From: an uncultured Verrucomicrobiota bacterium
Lineage (GTDB): Bacteria; Verrucomicrobiota; Kiritimatiellia; Kiritimatiellales; Tichowtungiaceae
Assembly: GCA_964612095.1 (NCBI GenBank)
Contig: CAZTEK010000001.1
Location: 1-42,056, forward strand
DNA: 42,056 nt
Direction of reading: 5' to 3'
The notes under the pieces were generated by a model. That model was not told where the DNA came from, made no database searches, and saw only the letters and a list, made by a program, of their open reading frames with translations. Both the position numbers and the translations under genes were made by a program. This document shows, in pieces, positions 8,446 through 19,476 of the stretch (its first letter is position 1; every line of letters starts with the position of its first letter).

Positions 8446-10800
8446 ATGAGGAATTTCTTTTTCATCACGGGTCTGGCGGTTGCACTGTGCGGCAGATTAG
8501 CCGGAGAAACAGCGGAAGGGGCCCGGCTAGGTCCGGCGGGCGAACGGGCCCGTGAGTTGCATCACCGGTTTTTCCAAGAGGTTGTGCAAAAATATCCGGT
8601 ACAAACGAAGACGCAGGTTAATGCCGGTTTTAAAACGCTGACTCATTTGACCTTTTTCGATCAGACGGTTCCGATAAGGGGCCGGCTCGACATCCCGGTT
8701 CCGCAGGAACTGAATGATTATCTTTTTGACTTCCGAACCATTGAAATCAGCGGAACAGGACTGGAGAAGGTGACCCGGATCTCTGCGGCAGGCGAGACGG
8801 CCAGCGGGGTGGTGGTGATCACTTCGCAACAGGACCGCTTGATTCAAATTACAGCTTCCTCGGTCGTGACGGATATGGGCCGGCCGTTTTCGCTGGTGCT
8901 GGAGGGGGCGGGAACCGTTGAAAAAGTTCAGCTGGTCAACTATGAGGGGATTTCATTTGAGTTTGATGCCGCATTCTATCTCGAACCCGGATTGGATCAG
9001 CCGGTCAAGCCGGTGACGGTTCAGGTCGACGCAACCCGGTACCGGTCAATCGGCGGAATCTGCGAGCTGAAACCGGAGCGCTATTTCCGGTATTACGCGG
9101 CACCCAATCATGACCGGTCGGGGATGGAACCTTATTTCAAGGGAAAAGGCTTTTTGCCCGGGCGGCAGATTGAGGAGATCGGGCCGGCCTATCAGGACCG
9201 GTTTGGCGCTGCGGATCGGATGGTTCATTTAAAAGAGGATCCTTCACGTCCGGGCTGTGCCGATCCGGCATTTTTCGATCGGCGGGAGTTCCGGCGGTTC
9301 GAAGGGGTTGACCCGTCGCTGGAATTCATCATGTGCTTCGACAGCTGGCCGCGCTTTATGTGGCCGACCAATTTCCCGGGGATTCCTAATCAGCGCGGCA
9401 CTCCGGCCATAGAGCTCTTTGACGCCGCCGCCGATGTCGCGGCGCGGTTGGTCACGGCGCAGATCCGCGACAGCGGACGCACGGCCACCTGGTGGGAGGT
9501 GAAGAATGAGGCCGACGTCAAGTCGGAATGGATTTATCATCACGAGCAGGGATACGATGCATGGGGCCTGCTGGCCGACTTTCATAACCGGGTTGCCGCC
9601 GCGATTCACGCCGTTGCGCCGCAGGTCAAGGTCGGCGGCCCGACCTCTGCCTGGTTCCAGCCGCATCGCGGAAATTTTGAAGTCTGGCGCAATCATCAGC
9701 GGTTTATGGACCGGACCCGCGATCATCTGGATTTTTATTCGCTCCATTTTTATGAGATGGGGGCGATGGATTCCATGCAGCGCTGGCGCAGCGGCAGCGA
9801 CAGCTATGTGCAGGGCGGGCAGGAAGTTGTGCTGGATATGCTGCAGGCCCATATGTCGGCCACCGGCAACCGCAAGCCGCTGGTCTGCTCTGAATACGGA
9901 TCGCTGGATGTCAAGCGCGGCGAGCGGGGCTGGTGGATGCACATCAAAAACGTCAACGCGATGCTGCTTGGCTTCCTCAACCGTCCGGATGAGTTGGATA
10001 TTACGGTTCCGTTTCTGCTGACCTTTATGCACTGGGCCCCGGATTCGTCCGAAGCGCTGATTCATCAGACTCCGGACGGGGAGTTTGTGAAAACAAAAAA
10101 TACCTTCTGGATCGACCTGTGGGAAGGTTATCGGGGCAAACAGATCCCTGTGATCGATTCCGATCCGAAAGTCATTACGCATGCCGTGCTGGACGGCCAT
10201 CTGATCCGGCTGGCGGTTAACAACCGAACCGGCCGGCGGACCGAGCTGGATGTGTCAGCCCTTTTGCCGGAGGGGATAAAGATTTCAGCGGTCAGGCGGC
10301 GATCTGTTGTATTTGAGCAGGGGGAAACCCGCTATGTGGATGAACGGCTTTCCGGATGGAATGCCGTGCCGCTCGGGGTGGACGGCACCTGCATTCTGGA
10401 GATTGCGCTCGACCGGGCACCGGTGCTGGAAAGGACTTGCGCAGAAAGTTCCTTTTATGCGCACCCGACTGCCGTCCCCGCGACGCCGTCGGCAGAGTTT
10501 GAAATCGCGGTTCCGGAGATCCGTCCGGTCCATGCGATGTTGCGCGTTGGCTTGCACCGGGAAGGCGGGTTTTCAAAACCGGTTAAGGTCGAGGTCAACG
10601 GGGATACCCATGCGGTTGACTTGAGCTGGAGTGCCGGCATCCCCCGTTTTCTGGATTCGATTGAAATTCCGGTGCGCCCGGGAAACATCCTGCCGGTCAG
10701 CCGAGTCACTGTTCGGACCGAGGAATCCGGGGTGACCGTGACAGCGGTTAAGATGACTTTTTTCATGAATCAGCAGCTTTTGAAAGGGACCGGCAGATGA
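8446..10800 (+). CDS. Secreted GH86-like beta-porphyranase/beta-agarase with an extra N-terminal domain
   Basis: Signal peptide MRNFFFITGLAVALCGRLA; clan GH-A motifs EVKNE, KVGGP, DFYSLHFY, SEYG; C-terminal beta-sandwich domains (LRVGLHR..GFS..V.VNG) resembling B. plebeius BpGH86A. Start moved from 8383 to ATG 8446 because of the RBS. Confidence 0.78.
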   Translation: MRNFFFITGLAVALCGRLAGETAEGARLGPAGERARELHHRFFQEVVQKYPVQTKTQVNAGFKTLTHLTFFDQTVPIRGRLDIPVPQELNDYLFDFRTIEISGTGLEKVTRISAAGETASGVVVITSQQDRLIQITASSVVTDMGRPFSLVLEGAGTVEKVQLVNYEGISFEFDAAFYLEPGLDQPVKPVTVQVDATRYRSIGGICELKPERYFRYYAAPNHDRSGMEPYFKGKGFLPGRQIEEIGPAYQDRFGAADRMVHLKEDPSRPGCADPAFFDRREFRRFEGVDPSLEFIMCFDSWPRFMWPTNFPGIPNQRGTPAIELFDAAADVAARLVTAQIRDSGRTATWWEVKNEADVKSEWIYHHEQGYDAWGLLADFHNRVAAAIHAVAPQVKVGGPTSAWFQPHRGNFEVWRNHQRFMDRTRDHLDFYSLHFYEMGAMDSMQRWRSGSDSYVQGGQEVVLDMLQAHMSATGNRKPLVCSEYGSLDVKRGERGWWMHIKNVNAMLLGFLNRPDELDITVPFLLTFMHWAPDSSEALIHQTPDGEFVKTKNTFWIDLWEGYRGKQIPVIDSDPKVITHAVLDGHLIRLAVNNRTGRRTELDVSALLPEGIKISAVRRRSVVFEQGETRYVDERLSGWNAVPLGVDGTCILEIALDRAPVLERTCAESSFYAHPTAVPATPSAEFEIAVPEIRPVHAMLRVGLHREGGFSKPVKVEVNGDTHAVDLSWSAGIPRFLDSIEIPVRPGNILPVSRVTVRTEESGVTVTAVKMTFFMNQQLLKGTGR

Positions 10801-12770
10801 AGCAGGTGTTGTGGGCGGCGTTTTTCCTGTGTGCAGCCGGACAGATCGCGGAGGCCCGTCCGAAAAATGTGATTCTGGTGATGGCGGATGACATCAGCGC
10901 CCGGGAATTTCCGTTTTACGAATCGAGCAAGTGGACGGGAGAACGCCGGGCGAAAACCCCGGTGATGGACCGGATGTCGACCCGTGGCGGCTGCTTTATC
11001 GAGACGGCGTGGGCCTCTACAATCTGCAAGCCCAGCCGTGTGCAGATTATGACCGGCACGTATGCCTCGAGGAATAAATATTGGGACAACGGGCATATAG
11101 GGATGGATTGCCGCACAGATTATTCGGCTTATGAGAGTGCTCCGATCACGCTGGGCAACATGAGCCGTGATGCAGGGTATGCCAATATCTGGCTTTCAAA
11201 GACACATATCGGCGATGGCGGCGATATCCTGAGCATGGGATTCAACGAGTGTGTATTCAATCCGGCCGAACCGATGCGGCATAAGGGCTGGAATCCGTTC
11301 GGCACGCCGAAGAAAAATCCCTATTCGTGTTTTCGCTCGAATGACCCGAAGCATTGGAATCACGTTTCGTTTTTCTGGTGGCCGGAAATGCAGCTGATCA
11401 ATCATCCTGTTTATCCGAACGAGCCCTATAAGTTTGTCAAAACAGAGATCGATGATTTTGGGCCCGATCTGGAGATGAAGTATGCGTTTGACTTTATGGA
11501 TCGGCAGAAAGCCGCAGACAAGCCGTTCTTTGTTTATTACACATCCCATCTGGGCCATCTGGCCATTGACCACGCTGATCCTGCCAATCCGACGGTTTGG
11601 CCGGGAACGCCTGTTATTGAATGGCGTGAAGGGCGGTATGAGAGAAAAGATCCGAAGCATGTTCCGCTCGGCGAAGGAAAATACAGCCGGGAAAATATCA
11701 CGCCGCAAGGCCTGAGTTATCACGTTGAATATCTCGATTACATGCTGTGGCAATACACCGAAAAGCTCAAAGCCATGGGGGAGCTGGAGAATACCGTGAT
11801 TATTTTCACGGCAGACAACGGCACGCAGGACAATGCAAACAACTGGGGCAAGGCCCGCATTGAACGGCAGCAGGGCATGCATGTTCCGCTGCTTGTGTAT
11901 GCTCCCGGGATTGCAAATCTGGTTCAGGGCCGGCAGAACATTTGCGCCGATTTTACCGACATTCTCCCCACACTGGCCGATATCATGGAGTTCGAATTCC
12001 CGGTTGGCTATGACAGGTTGGGCGGGAAAAGTCTCTGGCCGTATCTGACCGGGAAGAGCAAAAGTCACCGCGATTGGATCTACGCTATGCGGATTGATGC
12101 TCAAATGCTTCGCAATGATAAGGTTCTGCGGGACGGTCGCGGGGTTTGGTATGATGCCAGAAAACGCCCGGACGATTACGACACGTTCACCCGGGTGGAT
12201 GATCTGCCGGCCGGCGAATACAAAGATATGCTGCTGGCTGAAAAGAAAAAACTTGCGCCCATTCTTGCTCAGTTCGATTTATACAACACAGATTCTGAAG
12301 CTCCACTGCCGCCCCCGGATGCCGACGGCGATGGTATATCTGATGCATTCGAAGAAAAATACGGTCCGCTGGATCCCCGGCAGGACCCTGATGGCGACGG
12401 TACGGACAATTTTGATGAGTTTGTTTATGGCGGAAATCCGCACGATCCGTCCTCCCCTGCTGCCGGGCAGTTGCCGCATCCGGTTGAATTATCGGATGCT
12501 CAGGGAGAGTATATCGGGCTCGAATTCCGGCGGCTGGAAGTTTTGGGGCCGGACTACTGGTTTGTTGTGGAGGGGTCCTCGGACGGACAGAACTGGAAGA
12601 CCGACGGTGTGATTCAACAGCACTCGGTCCGTTCGAACGGTGATGGAACCGAGCGTGTCACGGCCCGTGTCGCCGCCGACCGGCGGAAATCGGATATCAA
12701 ACAACTGCGGGTGACCGTGTATAAGCCGGTGCCTCGTCAGCCGCGCAAATACAAAAATCTGCTCAAATGA
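10797..12770 (+). CDS. Secreted S1 sulfatase with DxDGDG repeats and a C-terminal PVC-type domain
   Basis: Signal peptide, NVILVMADD, CKPSR..MTG, FTADNG; C-terminal DADGDG and DPDGDG repeats, then GLEFRR..VEGSSDGQNW. Confidence 0.9.
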   Translation: MKQVLWAAFFLCAAGQIAEARPKNVILVMADDISAREFPFYESSKWTGERRAKTPVMDRMSTRGGCFIETAWASTICKPSRVQIMTGTYASRNKYWDNGHIGMDCRTDYSAYESAPITLGNMSRDAGYANIWLSKTHIGDGGDILSMGFNECVFNPAEPMRHKGWNPFGTPKKNPYSCFRSNDPKHWNHVSFFWWPEMQLINHPVYPNEPYKFVKTEIDDFGPDLEMKYAFDFMDRQKAADKPFFVYYTSHLGHLAIDHADPANPTVWPGTPVIEWREGRYERKDPKHVPLGEGKYSRENITPQGLSYHVEYLDYMLWQYTEKLKAMGELENTVIIFTADNGTQDNANNWGKARIERQQGMHVPLLVYAPGIANLVQGRQNICADFTDILPTLADIMEFEFPVGYDRLGGKSLWPYLTGKSKSHRDWIYAMRIDAQMLRNDKVLRDGRGVWYDARKRPDDYDTFTRVDDLPAGEYKDMLLAEKKKLAPILAQFDLYNTDSEAPLPPPDADGDGISDAFEEKYGPLDPRQDPDGDGTDNFDEFVYGGNPHDPSSPAAGQLPHPVELSDAQGEYIGLEFRRLEVLGPDYWFVVEGSSDGQNWKTDGVIQQHSVRSNGDGTERVTARVAADRRKSDIKQLRVTVYKPVPRQPRKYKNLLK

Positions 12771-12788
12771 TTTTCCCGGGGTGTGTGA

Positions 12789-14723
12789 ATGAAGAAATTT
12801 TATTTAAATGCAGTGCTGTTCTTTTTCTGGTCGGGTGGCTGTATTCAGTTGCAGGCGCATGCGGCCGGTGATGCAGGCGAAAAGGGGGTTGAAATCCGTG
12901 TTGAACCCGGGGTTACCCGGGCGGTGCAGGGGGTTTCTGCGATGGATCGCCGCCGGTATTTTAATCTCTGCGATCATGGGACCGGTTTTGATTCCCGTGT
13001 GCGGCCGGAAATCTATGAAGAACTCATCCCCAGGCTGGATGCCTCGTTCGGTCGTAATCTGGGCAGCATTAAAATCTGGGCGAAAAATCTGAATGAAGAT
13101 CCGTCCCGACCCGGTTTTGCTGATCTTTCTGCTTTGAAACAAAACAAGCCGAAAGAGCCGTCTGCAAGGTTTCTGAACGATTACGGTCCCCGTCTGGATG
13201 TAGCGTACCATGGTAACCACAATGAGTATCCTGCCTACATGGGAAAGCGTTTCAAGGGAACTTCTGAGCACCACGGCACACCGGAGTATATACCGGAAAA
13301 TCTGGAAGCGGCCGCCGAATTGGCCGCCGCAGTTCTGAAGTACGGGTACACGGATTTTGATCGGCCGTCGCTGTTTGAACCGCTGAATGAACCGCATTGG
13401 GAATTTTTCAACGATCCGCATCTGGCAGACTGGCATCTCAAGGTCATGGACGCGGTGCACCGTGAGACTCCCGGCGTGAAGGTCGGCGGGTTATGCATGT
13501 CGGTCGCCTATTTTTATCGCGATGATTACCGGTTGTGGAAAGGGATGAAAGATTTCATGGACCGCACCGGCGGCCGGATGGATTTTTACTCGTTTCATGC
13601 CTATGACTTTTTCAATTGGGAGAACGGCGGTTTCCGCGGACGGATCCAGTCGGGTCTTCCGCTGGAGGGGGTGCTGGATCTTGTGCAGAACCATGCGGTT
13701 AATTCATTTGGTAAGGAAGTCGATGTGGTGCTGAGCGAGCATGGCGGTTATGTGCTGGGCGGAAAAGGATTGTACGACGGCGAGGCGGCGGCCGCTGAAA
13801 TCGCAGCGGAATATTTTCCGGGCGGCACGTTTGAACACGAGATGAAAAAGCGCTCGATCGTCAACGTGCTTATGTTGCAGGCCGTTGTCGCCAATACGCT
13901 GACGTTCATGGATCATCCGCATGTCGTGCGCAAAGCGGTGCCGTTTTTAATTCCCGAAACCTGGGGCTGGGACCCGAAATATTATGCCCAGCTGTTTGTG
14001 CCGTATAACTACACCGATAAGACCCGGCCGGTGCCGACCCATCTGCTCAATTTCTTCCGCTTTTTTAAAGGCGTTGACGGACGTCGGGTCAAAGCGCCGT
14101 GCAATGACCCCGATTTGCAGGTGCAGGCCTTTGTCAGCGGCAGCCGGCTGTTTCTGTTGATCAATAATTTGAGTCCGGAGCCGGAGGCGGTTTCTCTTAA
14201 AGGTATCGATACTGAGACGGTGGAGCTCCGTCGCCTCGGACGGAACATTGATTTCACAGGCCGGTATACGGAGCAGACAGTCGCCCGGCCTGAAACCATT
14301 CGGCTCGAAGGCCTTGAAGCCGTCATGCTGATTGCGGATTCCGGCCGGCCGGTCGGCGAAGAATCGTCCGTCAACGAAATCGTCTGCTATGGCGACAAAG
14401 TCGCCGTGCGGATTCCGGACGCTGAATTCAGGATCAGAGTGCCGGTGGGAAAAGCGATCGACTATGCCGTATTGCGCATCGGGCTGACCCGCAAAGCCGG
14501 GTTGCGCCGCGATCCGGTCGTGACGCTTAACGGGAAAAAGCTCGAGGTGCCGGTGGAAGATTGTGCGGGCCGGCTTGAAGAAAAGGAATATGCCACCACC
14601 AAACTGATTCCGCTCAATCCCGCCGATCTCCGTGCTGAAAACCGGGTTCGGATCACGTTTTCTGACGGCGATGCCGGAACGGTCGGTTCGGCGGTGATCC
14701 GGGCAGCGGTGAAGGACTATTGA
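12789..14723 (+). CDS. Secreted GH86-like beta-porphyranase/beta-agarase
   Basis: Signal peptide; RRRYFNL, EPLNEP, KVGG, MDFYSFHAYD, SEHG; same C-terminal modules as 8446..10800. Confidence 0.8.
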   Translation: MKKFYLNAVLFFFWSGGCIQLQAHAAGDAGEKGVEIRVEPGVTRAVQGVSAMDRRRYFNLCDHGTGFDSRVRPEIYEELIPRLDASFGRNLGSIKIWAKNLNEDPSRPGFADLSALKQNKPKEPSARFLNDYGPRLDVAYHGNHNEYPAYMGKRFKGTSEHHGTPEYIPENLEAAAELAAAVLKYGYTDFDRPSLFEPLNEPHWEFFNDPHLADWHLKVMDAVHRETPGVKVGGLCMSVAYFYRDDYRLWKGMKDFMDRTGGRMDFYSFHAYDFFNWENGGFRGRIQSGLPLEGVLDLVQNHAVNSFGKEVDVVLSEHGGYVLGGKGLYDGEAAAAEIAAEYFPGGTFEHEMKKRSIVNVLMLQAVVANTLTFMDHPHVVRKAVPFLIPETWGWDPKYYAQLFVPYNYTDKTRPVPTHLLNFFRFFKGVDGRRVKAPCNDPDLQVQAFVSGSRLFLLINNLSPEPEAVSLKGIDTETVELRRLGRNIDFTGRYTEQTVARPETIRLEGLEAVMLIADSGRPVGEESSVNEIVCYGDKVAVRIPDAEFRIRVPVGKAIDYAVLRIGLTRKAGLRRDPVVTLNGKKLEVPVEDCAGRLEEKEYATTKLIPLNPADLRAENRVRITFSDGDAGTVGSAVIRAAVKDY

Positions 14724-14750
14724 AATGAAAAACAAGGAGATGCTGCATCA

Positions 14751-16379
14751 ATGAAAAAATTGATTCCTGCTTTTGTTGCCCTTTCAGCACTTTGCAGCGG
14801 GGCTGAAGAGCGCCGGCCCAATGTCGTGATTTTTTATACGGACGATCAGCCGACCGATTCGTTCGGATTCATCCGGGGCAAAGCGCACACGCCTGTGATT
14901 GATCAGATGGCCAAGGATGGAGTTTATTTTTCGAATGCATATACCTCCAGCAGTGTCTGTTCACCCAGCCGGTATACCTGCCTGACCGGGAACTATGCCA
15001 GCCGGACCAGCTCGCCGGAGTTTAAAAGGGAAATCAGCGCGGAAGGGGTGACCAAAGTTCTTTGGAACATGTCGATCGGTCCGGAGGAGTGGACGTTCCC
15101 TAAGGTGATGCAGCAATACGGTTATAAAACCGGAATGGTCGGCAAGTGGCATATCGGACTCACGGGGAAACACGGCAGTTTGAAGCCAGTTCCCGGGAAT
15201 GATCCGGCTGATCCGGCGGTTCAGGCGGTGCTCAAGGCAAATCAGGAATTGATCTGCAGAGATATTGCCGACCGGGGCTTTGATTATGTTGGAGCGGCGT
15301 ATGCCGGCAACCCCGATGACGATCGGAATCTGGTACAGACCGGCTGTAATGTGCACGCTCCCGAGTGGCAGACTCAGCATGCATTGAGGTTTATTGAAGA
15401 GAATAAAAGCAACCCGTTTGTTCTGTATTATGCAACCACACTGCTGCATGTCCCCGATCCGTCGAAGGAGCTGCTGACCGAAGATCCCCGGCTGACGCCT
15501 CTGGGGATGCTCGAAAAACCGATCGAGGGGGTTCTGCCTCCGCGCGGTGACATCGTGCAACGGGCCCGTAAGGCCGGGGTGAAAAATGAAAAACTGCTGG
15601 CTGCGACCTGGCTGGATGATGTCGTAAATGCAGTGCTGAAAAAAATTGAAGACCTCGGGCTGTCGGAAAATACGCTTGTGATTTTTTTTAATGACAACAA
15701 TACCGATGATCAGAGTAAGGGTTCCTGTTATCAGGGCGGAGTGCATGTTCCAATGATCGTCCGCATGCCGGGGACCGTTATACCGGGCGTGCGCACCGGG
15801 CTGGTCTGCAATACCGATATTGCCCCGACCCTGTTTGATTTGTGCGGCATTCCAAAGCCGGACACGATGCATCTCGACGGGCGCAGCCTGATGCCGCTGC
15901 TGCGGGGAGAAAAGCCTGTCTGGCGCGATTCGTTATATCTTGAAATCGGTCTGACCCGGGCCGTGGTCAGCAGCGACGGTTTCAAGTATCTGGCATTCCG
16001 GATTCCGGGCAGTTATCTGGAGCGTCCGCTGGAAGACCGGATGGCGGAGCACCGCGAGTCGATGGAGAAAATATACAGAACCCATCCCTGGACAAAGGGT
16101 GTCTGGACTCTCGATCCCGATGCGAAATTCATGCAGATGGGGATGTCTCCCGGCGGAGATTTCATGGAGCGGTTGCAGATCCAGGGGAATCCGCCGTTCA
16201 AGAAACATTATTTTGATCCTGATCAGCTTTACGATTTGAACCGCGATCCGCGCGAAACCGTCAATCTCGCTTCAAGTCCGGAGTATGCCCCGCGGCTGAA
16301 GGAGATGCAGGGCCGGCTTAAAAAACTTCTGTCGGATGTTCCCGGCACGTTCGCTGAATTAAAGGAGGATGCTCGGTAA
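14751..16379 (+). CDS. Secreted S1 sulfatase
   Basis: RPNVVIFYTDD, CSPSRYTCLTG, GKWH, LYDL..DP.E..NL. Confidence 0.93.
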   Translation: MKKLIPAFVALSALCSGAEERRPNVVIFYTDDQPTDSFGFIRGKAHTPVIDQMAKDGVYFSNAYTSSSVCSPSRYTCLTGNYASRTSSPEFKREISAEGVTKVLWNMSIGPEEWTFPKVMQQYGYKTGMVGKWHIGLTGKHGSLKPVPGNDPADPAVQAVLKANQELICRDIADRGFDYVGAAYAGNPDDDRNLVQTGCNVHAPEWQTQHALRFIEENKSNPFVLYYATTLLHVPDPSKELLTEDPRLTPLGMLEKPIEGVLPPRGDIVQRARKAGVKNEKLLAATWLDDVVNAVLKKIEDLGLSENTLVIFFNDNNTDDQSKGSCYQGGVHVPMIVRMPGTVIPGVRTGLVCNTDIAPTLFDLCGIPKPDTMHLDGRSLMPLLRGEKPVWRDSLYLEIGLTRAVVSSDGFKYLAFRIPGSYLERPLEDRMAEHRESMEKIYRTHPWTKGVWTLDPDAKFMQMGMSPGGDFMERLQIQGNPPFKKHYFDPDQLYDLNRDPRETVNLASSPEYAPRLKEMQGRLKKLLSDVPGTFAELKEDAR

Positions 16380-17656
16380 TGAACAAAGCAGGTGCAGTGG
16401 TGTTTCTGATGGCGGTCTCCTGTGCGCTGCGGGGGCTGTCCGCCGGACCGGTCGGCGAATTCAGCATGCGGGACGGGCTTCCCAACTTTTTTGCGAAGCT
16501 GAAGGCCGGGCAGGAGGTCCGGATTGCTTATCTGGGCGGCAGCATCACGGCGGCACCCGGCTGGCGGCTTCTTTCACAGCAGTGGTTTTCTGAACAGTTT
16601 CCCGGAGCGGAAATCAAAGAGATTTTTGCCGCCATTCCGGGGACCGGCGGGGAACTCGGGGTCTGCCGGCTCGACGGGGATGTGCTTGCGCACAAGCCGG
16701 ATCTGGTATTCATCGAATTCTGCGTGAACGGCATCGGTGATACCGAGGAGCGCGGACGGCAGATTACCGAAGGGCTGATTCGCAAAATACGGACCGCGTT
16801 GCCCGAAGCCGATATCTGCTTTGTTTACACCGTGGCATCCTGGCATCTTGCCGATCTCGCACAAGGAAAGATTCAGTGGACGGCCGGCATGATGGAATCG
16901 GTGCTGCCGCATTACGGTGTGTCGTCAATCAACTTTGCCGCGGAGGTCGGCCGGCAGCTGGATGCGGGTACTTTGGTTTTCAGCCTGCCCAAAGGAACTC
17001 CGGTTCCTGAAGGGAAAGTGCTGTTCTCGAACGACGGGACTCATCCGCTGGTCGAGACAGGACACGTGCTTTACAACGAAGCGCTTATCCGCGCAATGAG
17101 TGCGATGAAAGATGCGGGGACAGTCGGCCCGCGCCGTTTGCCGGTTCCCCTGGAGTCCGCCAACTGGGCGGACGCGAAGCGGTATCCGATTTCAAAAGCC
17201 GCGATGACGGGAAATTGGACGGCCGTGAATCCCGTCGAGGTGGATGGATATACAGAGACAACTGCCAATCGCGATTTTAAAAAGCGCTTCAGTGAATTGT
17301 GGCAGACGGAGCAGCCGGGCGCAGAGATCGTGTTCCGTTTTGAAGGAACCGGCTTCGGGCTGTACGGAATTTCGCGGTGCGAGTCCGGGCTGTTTGAAGT
17401 GCAGGTCGATCAGCAGCAGCCGGTGAAAGGAACCCTGTTTGACATCTATGCCGGCGGACCCGGCCGGAGCAAGGGATGGTTTTATCCCCGCACACTGTCT
17501 CCGGGGTTGCATACAGTTCGGGTCGCCTTGATGTCCGAACCGCCGGATAAGGCTGGTATTCTTTCGAAGGTTGACAAACAGCCGTCTGGCCCGCGTTACG
17601 ATCGGAATGAGTTTTTTTTCGGAGATCTCTTTGTGAACGGACGGCTGGTTAATTAA
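16379..17656 (+). CDS. Secreted SGNH/GDSL esterase with a C-terminal beta-domain
   Basis: IAYLGGSIT (Ser), [16 protein letters not shown] (DxxH); TAATG translational coupling to the upstream sulfatase. Confidence 0.85.
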   Translation: MNKAGAVVFLMAVSCALRGLSAGPVGEFSMRDGLPNFFAKLKAGQEVRIAYLGGSITAAPGWRLLSQQWFSEQFPGAEIKEIFAAIPGTGGELGVCRLDGDVLAHKPDLVFIEFCVNGIGDTEERGRQITEGLIRKIRTALPEADICFVYTVASWHLADLAQGKIQWTAGMMESVLPHYGVSSINFAAEVGRQLDAGTLVFSLPKGTPVPEGKVLFSNDGTHPLVETGHVLYNEALIRAMSAMKDAGTVGPRRLPVPLESANWADAKRYPISKAAMTGNWTAVNPVEVDGYTETTANRDFKKRFSELWQTEQPGAEIVFRFEGTGFGLYGISRCESGLFEVQVDQQQPVKGTLFDIYAGGPGRSKGWFYPRTLSPGLHTVRVALMSEPPDKAGILSKVDKQPSGPRYDRNEFFFGDLFVNGRLVN

Positions 17657-17669
17657 TAGGAGTGAAAGA

Positions 17670-19463
17670 ATGAAAAAGACAACTTGGATTTTGGCTGCAG
17701 GGGCTGCGGCGGTGCAGGCGTCGGAACAGCCGAATGTTCTTTGGATTATCACCGATGATCAGCGCCCCGATTCCTGGGCCTGCTACAATCAGGCGGTCTC
17801 CGGAAACCGGCTGAGTCCGCTGGGGTATGTCGAGTCGCCGGCCGCGGATTCGCTGGCGGCGGAAGGGGTCTTGTTTACGCAGGCCTATTGCAACGCGCCG
17901 GCCTGTGCCCCTTCACGGGCCTCGATGCTGACCGGCCGTTATCCGTTCCGGACCGGAATCTGGGGTTTTGAGCAGACTCATAATAAAGCCGCGCACATGC
18001 GTCCGGTTGTTCCCGAGGTGATGCGGCAGAACGGATATGCCGCCGCCCATTTCGGAAAGACGGGCTATTATATTTTTCAGTGGAATAATAAAAATACGTA
18101 CAACAGCCTGAATTATTATGCACCTGAAATAAACGCCAACGATATGGAGAAAAACGGCCAAACGGACATGGCGATCAACAAGCCGTGGGTCAATGGAAAA
18201 CAGGTCGGGACGGAGGAGATTTATTATTTTGCAGACGGCGCGGTGAAGCGGTTTTATACCGATCGCGGTTCAGCACCGCTGACGGAAACGGACATTACAA
18301 CCCGCCATGAAGTTGAAAAAGAGCTGGGAATTCTGCGCCATTACACGGCAGATAATACCGGGCTGATTATCGGCGGGCAGAGTCCTCAAACAGCGGAGAA
18401 GACCATGGACGGGCTCATCGCCACGGAAATGGTTGATTATCTTAAAACTCAGGCGGATAAAAAGAGCCCGCAGTTTATTCATCTCGGATTCCATTTTCCG
18501 CATACCGCTGTACTGCCGCCCCGGGAAATCCGCGACCGGTTCATCATAAAGGGAAAGGAGATTCCGTACACGATTCCGCCGTTCAGTACCGATGAGGTCT
18601 CCCGGATGCCGCCGCAGCTTCAGCTGCTTCATAAAAAGATGAATTTTTCTAATATGAAGGAGCAGGATAAGCTCCAGGCGATCCGCGATTACTATGCCTT
18701 TTGTGCGCATGGCGATGCGCAGGTCGGGCGTTGCATTGACGCCTTTAAGAAATACAGCCGTGAAAGCGGGCGCGACTGGCTGATCGTCTATGTCTGCGGC
18801 GACCACAGCTGGCAACTGGGTGAACAGGGAATCGAATCCAAATTTTCACCCTGGCAGATGTCCACCCGTTCGGCCGTCATTGCCGCATCCTCCAGGCCGG
18901 GGCTTTTTCCGTCCGGAACGGTTTGCAGCAATCTCATCGAGTATGTCGATTTTGCACCGACCTTTTTAGCTGCGTCCGGCGTTGATCTTACGTCCGGGTA
19001 TGAGCACCTCGACGGTGTTTCGCTGGTGGATACTGCCCATGGCCGGGTTGTGCCGCGCGACTATATTATTGGAGAGTTGAATCATGTCATCGGACCGCGC
19101 GCCTATCTGCGCTCCAAAGAATTTGCCTTTTCGATGCGTACCCGGCCGTCCAACGGAAAACCGGGGCAGGGCGTTTCTCCCGGAGAAAACATCCGCTGGG
19201 CGCTGGATTGCCCCCGCAATAAGGCAGAGCTGTGCTTGTATGATTTGAGGACGGATCCGGAGGAGCGGCGGAATGTCGCCGATGAACCTGCATACGCCCC
19301 GCTGGCCGACTGGTTCCGGCAAAAGCTCGGCAATATTGTACTGGGCGACCGCCGTGTAGAATGCGATTGGCGCAAAGAAAATGAGCGGGTTATTTGCGAC
19401 TTCGCCAAAGGCGCGGATGATAAAAAATTAAATATTCCAGCCGGACTGATTCCGACCCGGTGA
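17670..19463 (+). CDS. Secreted S1 sulfatase (iduronate/choline-sulfatase-like)
   Basis: [43 protein letters not shown]. Confidence 0.92.
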   Translation: MKKTTWILAAGAAAVQASEQPNVLWIITDDQRPDSWACYNQAVSGNRLSPLGYVESPAADSLAAEGVLFTQAYCNAPACAPSRASMLTGRYPFRTGIWGFEQTHNKAAHMRPVVPEVMRQNGYAAAHFGKTGYYIFQWNNKNTYNSLNYYAPEINANDMEKNGQTDMAINKPWVNGKQVGTEEIYYFADGAVKRFYTDRGSAPLTETDITTRHEVEKELGILRHYTADNTGLIIGGQSPQTAEKTMDGLIATEMVDYLKTQADKKSPQFIHLGFHFPHTAVLPPREIRDRFIIKGKEIPYTIPPFSTDEVSRMPPQLQLLHKKMNFSNMKEQDKLQAIRDYYAFCAHGDAQVGRCIDAFKKYSRESGRDWLIVYVCGDHSWQLGEQGIESKFSPWQMSTRSAVIAASSRPGLFPSGTVCSNLIEYVDFAPTFLAASGVDLTSGYEHLDGVSLVDTAHGRVVPRDYIIGELNHVIGPRAYLRSKEFAFSMRTRPSNGKPGQGVSPGENIRWALDCPRNKAELCLYDLRTDPEERRNVADEPAYAPLADWFRQKLGNIVLGDRRVECDWRKENERVICDFAKGADDKKLNIPAGLIPTR

Positions 19464-19476
19464 AAAGGAACGTGCG

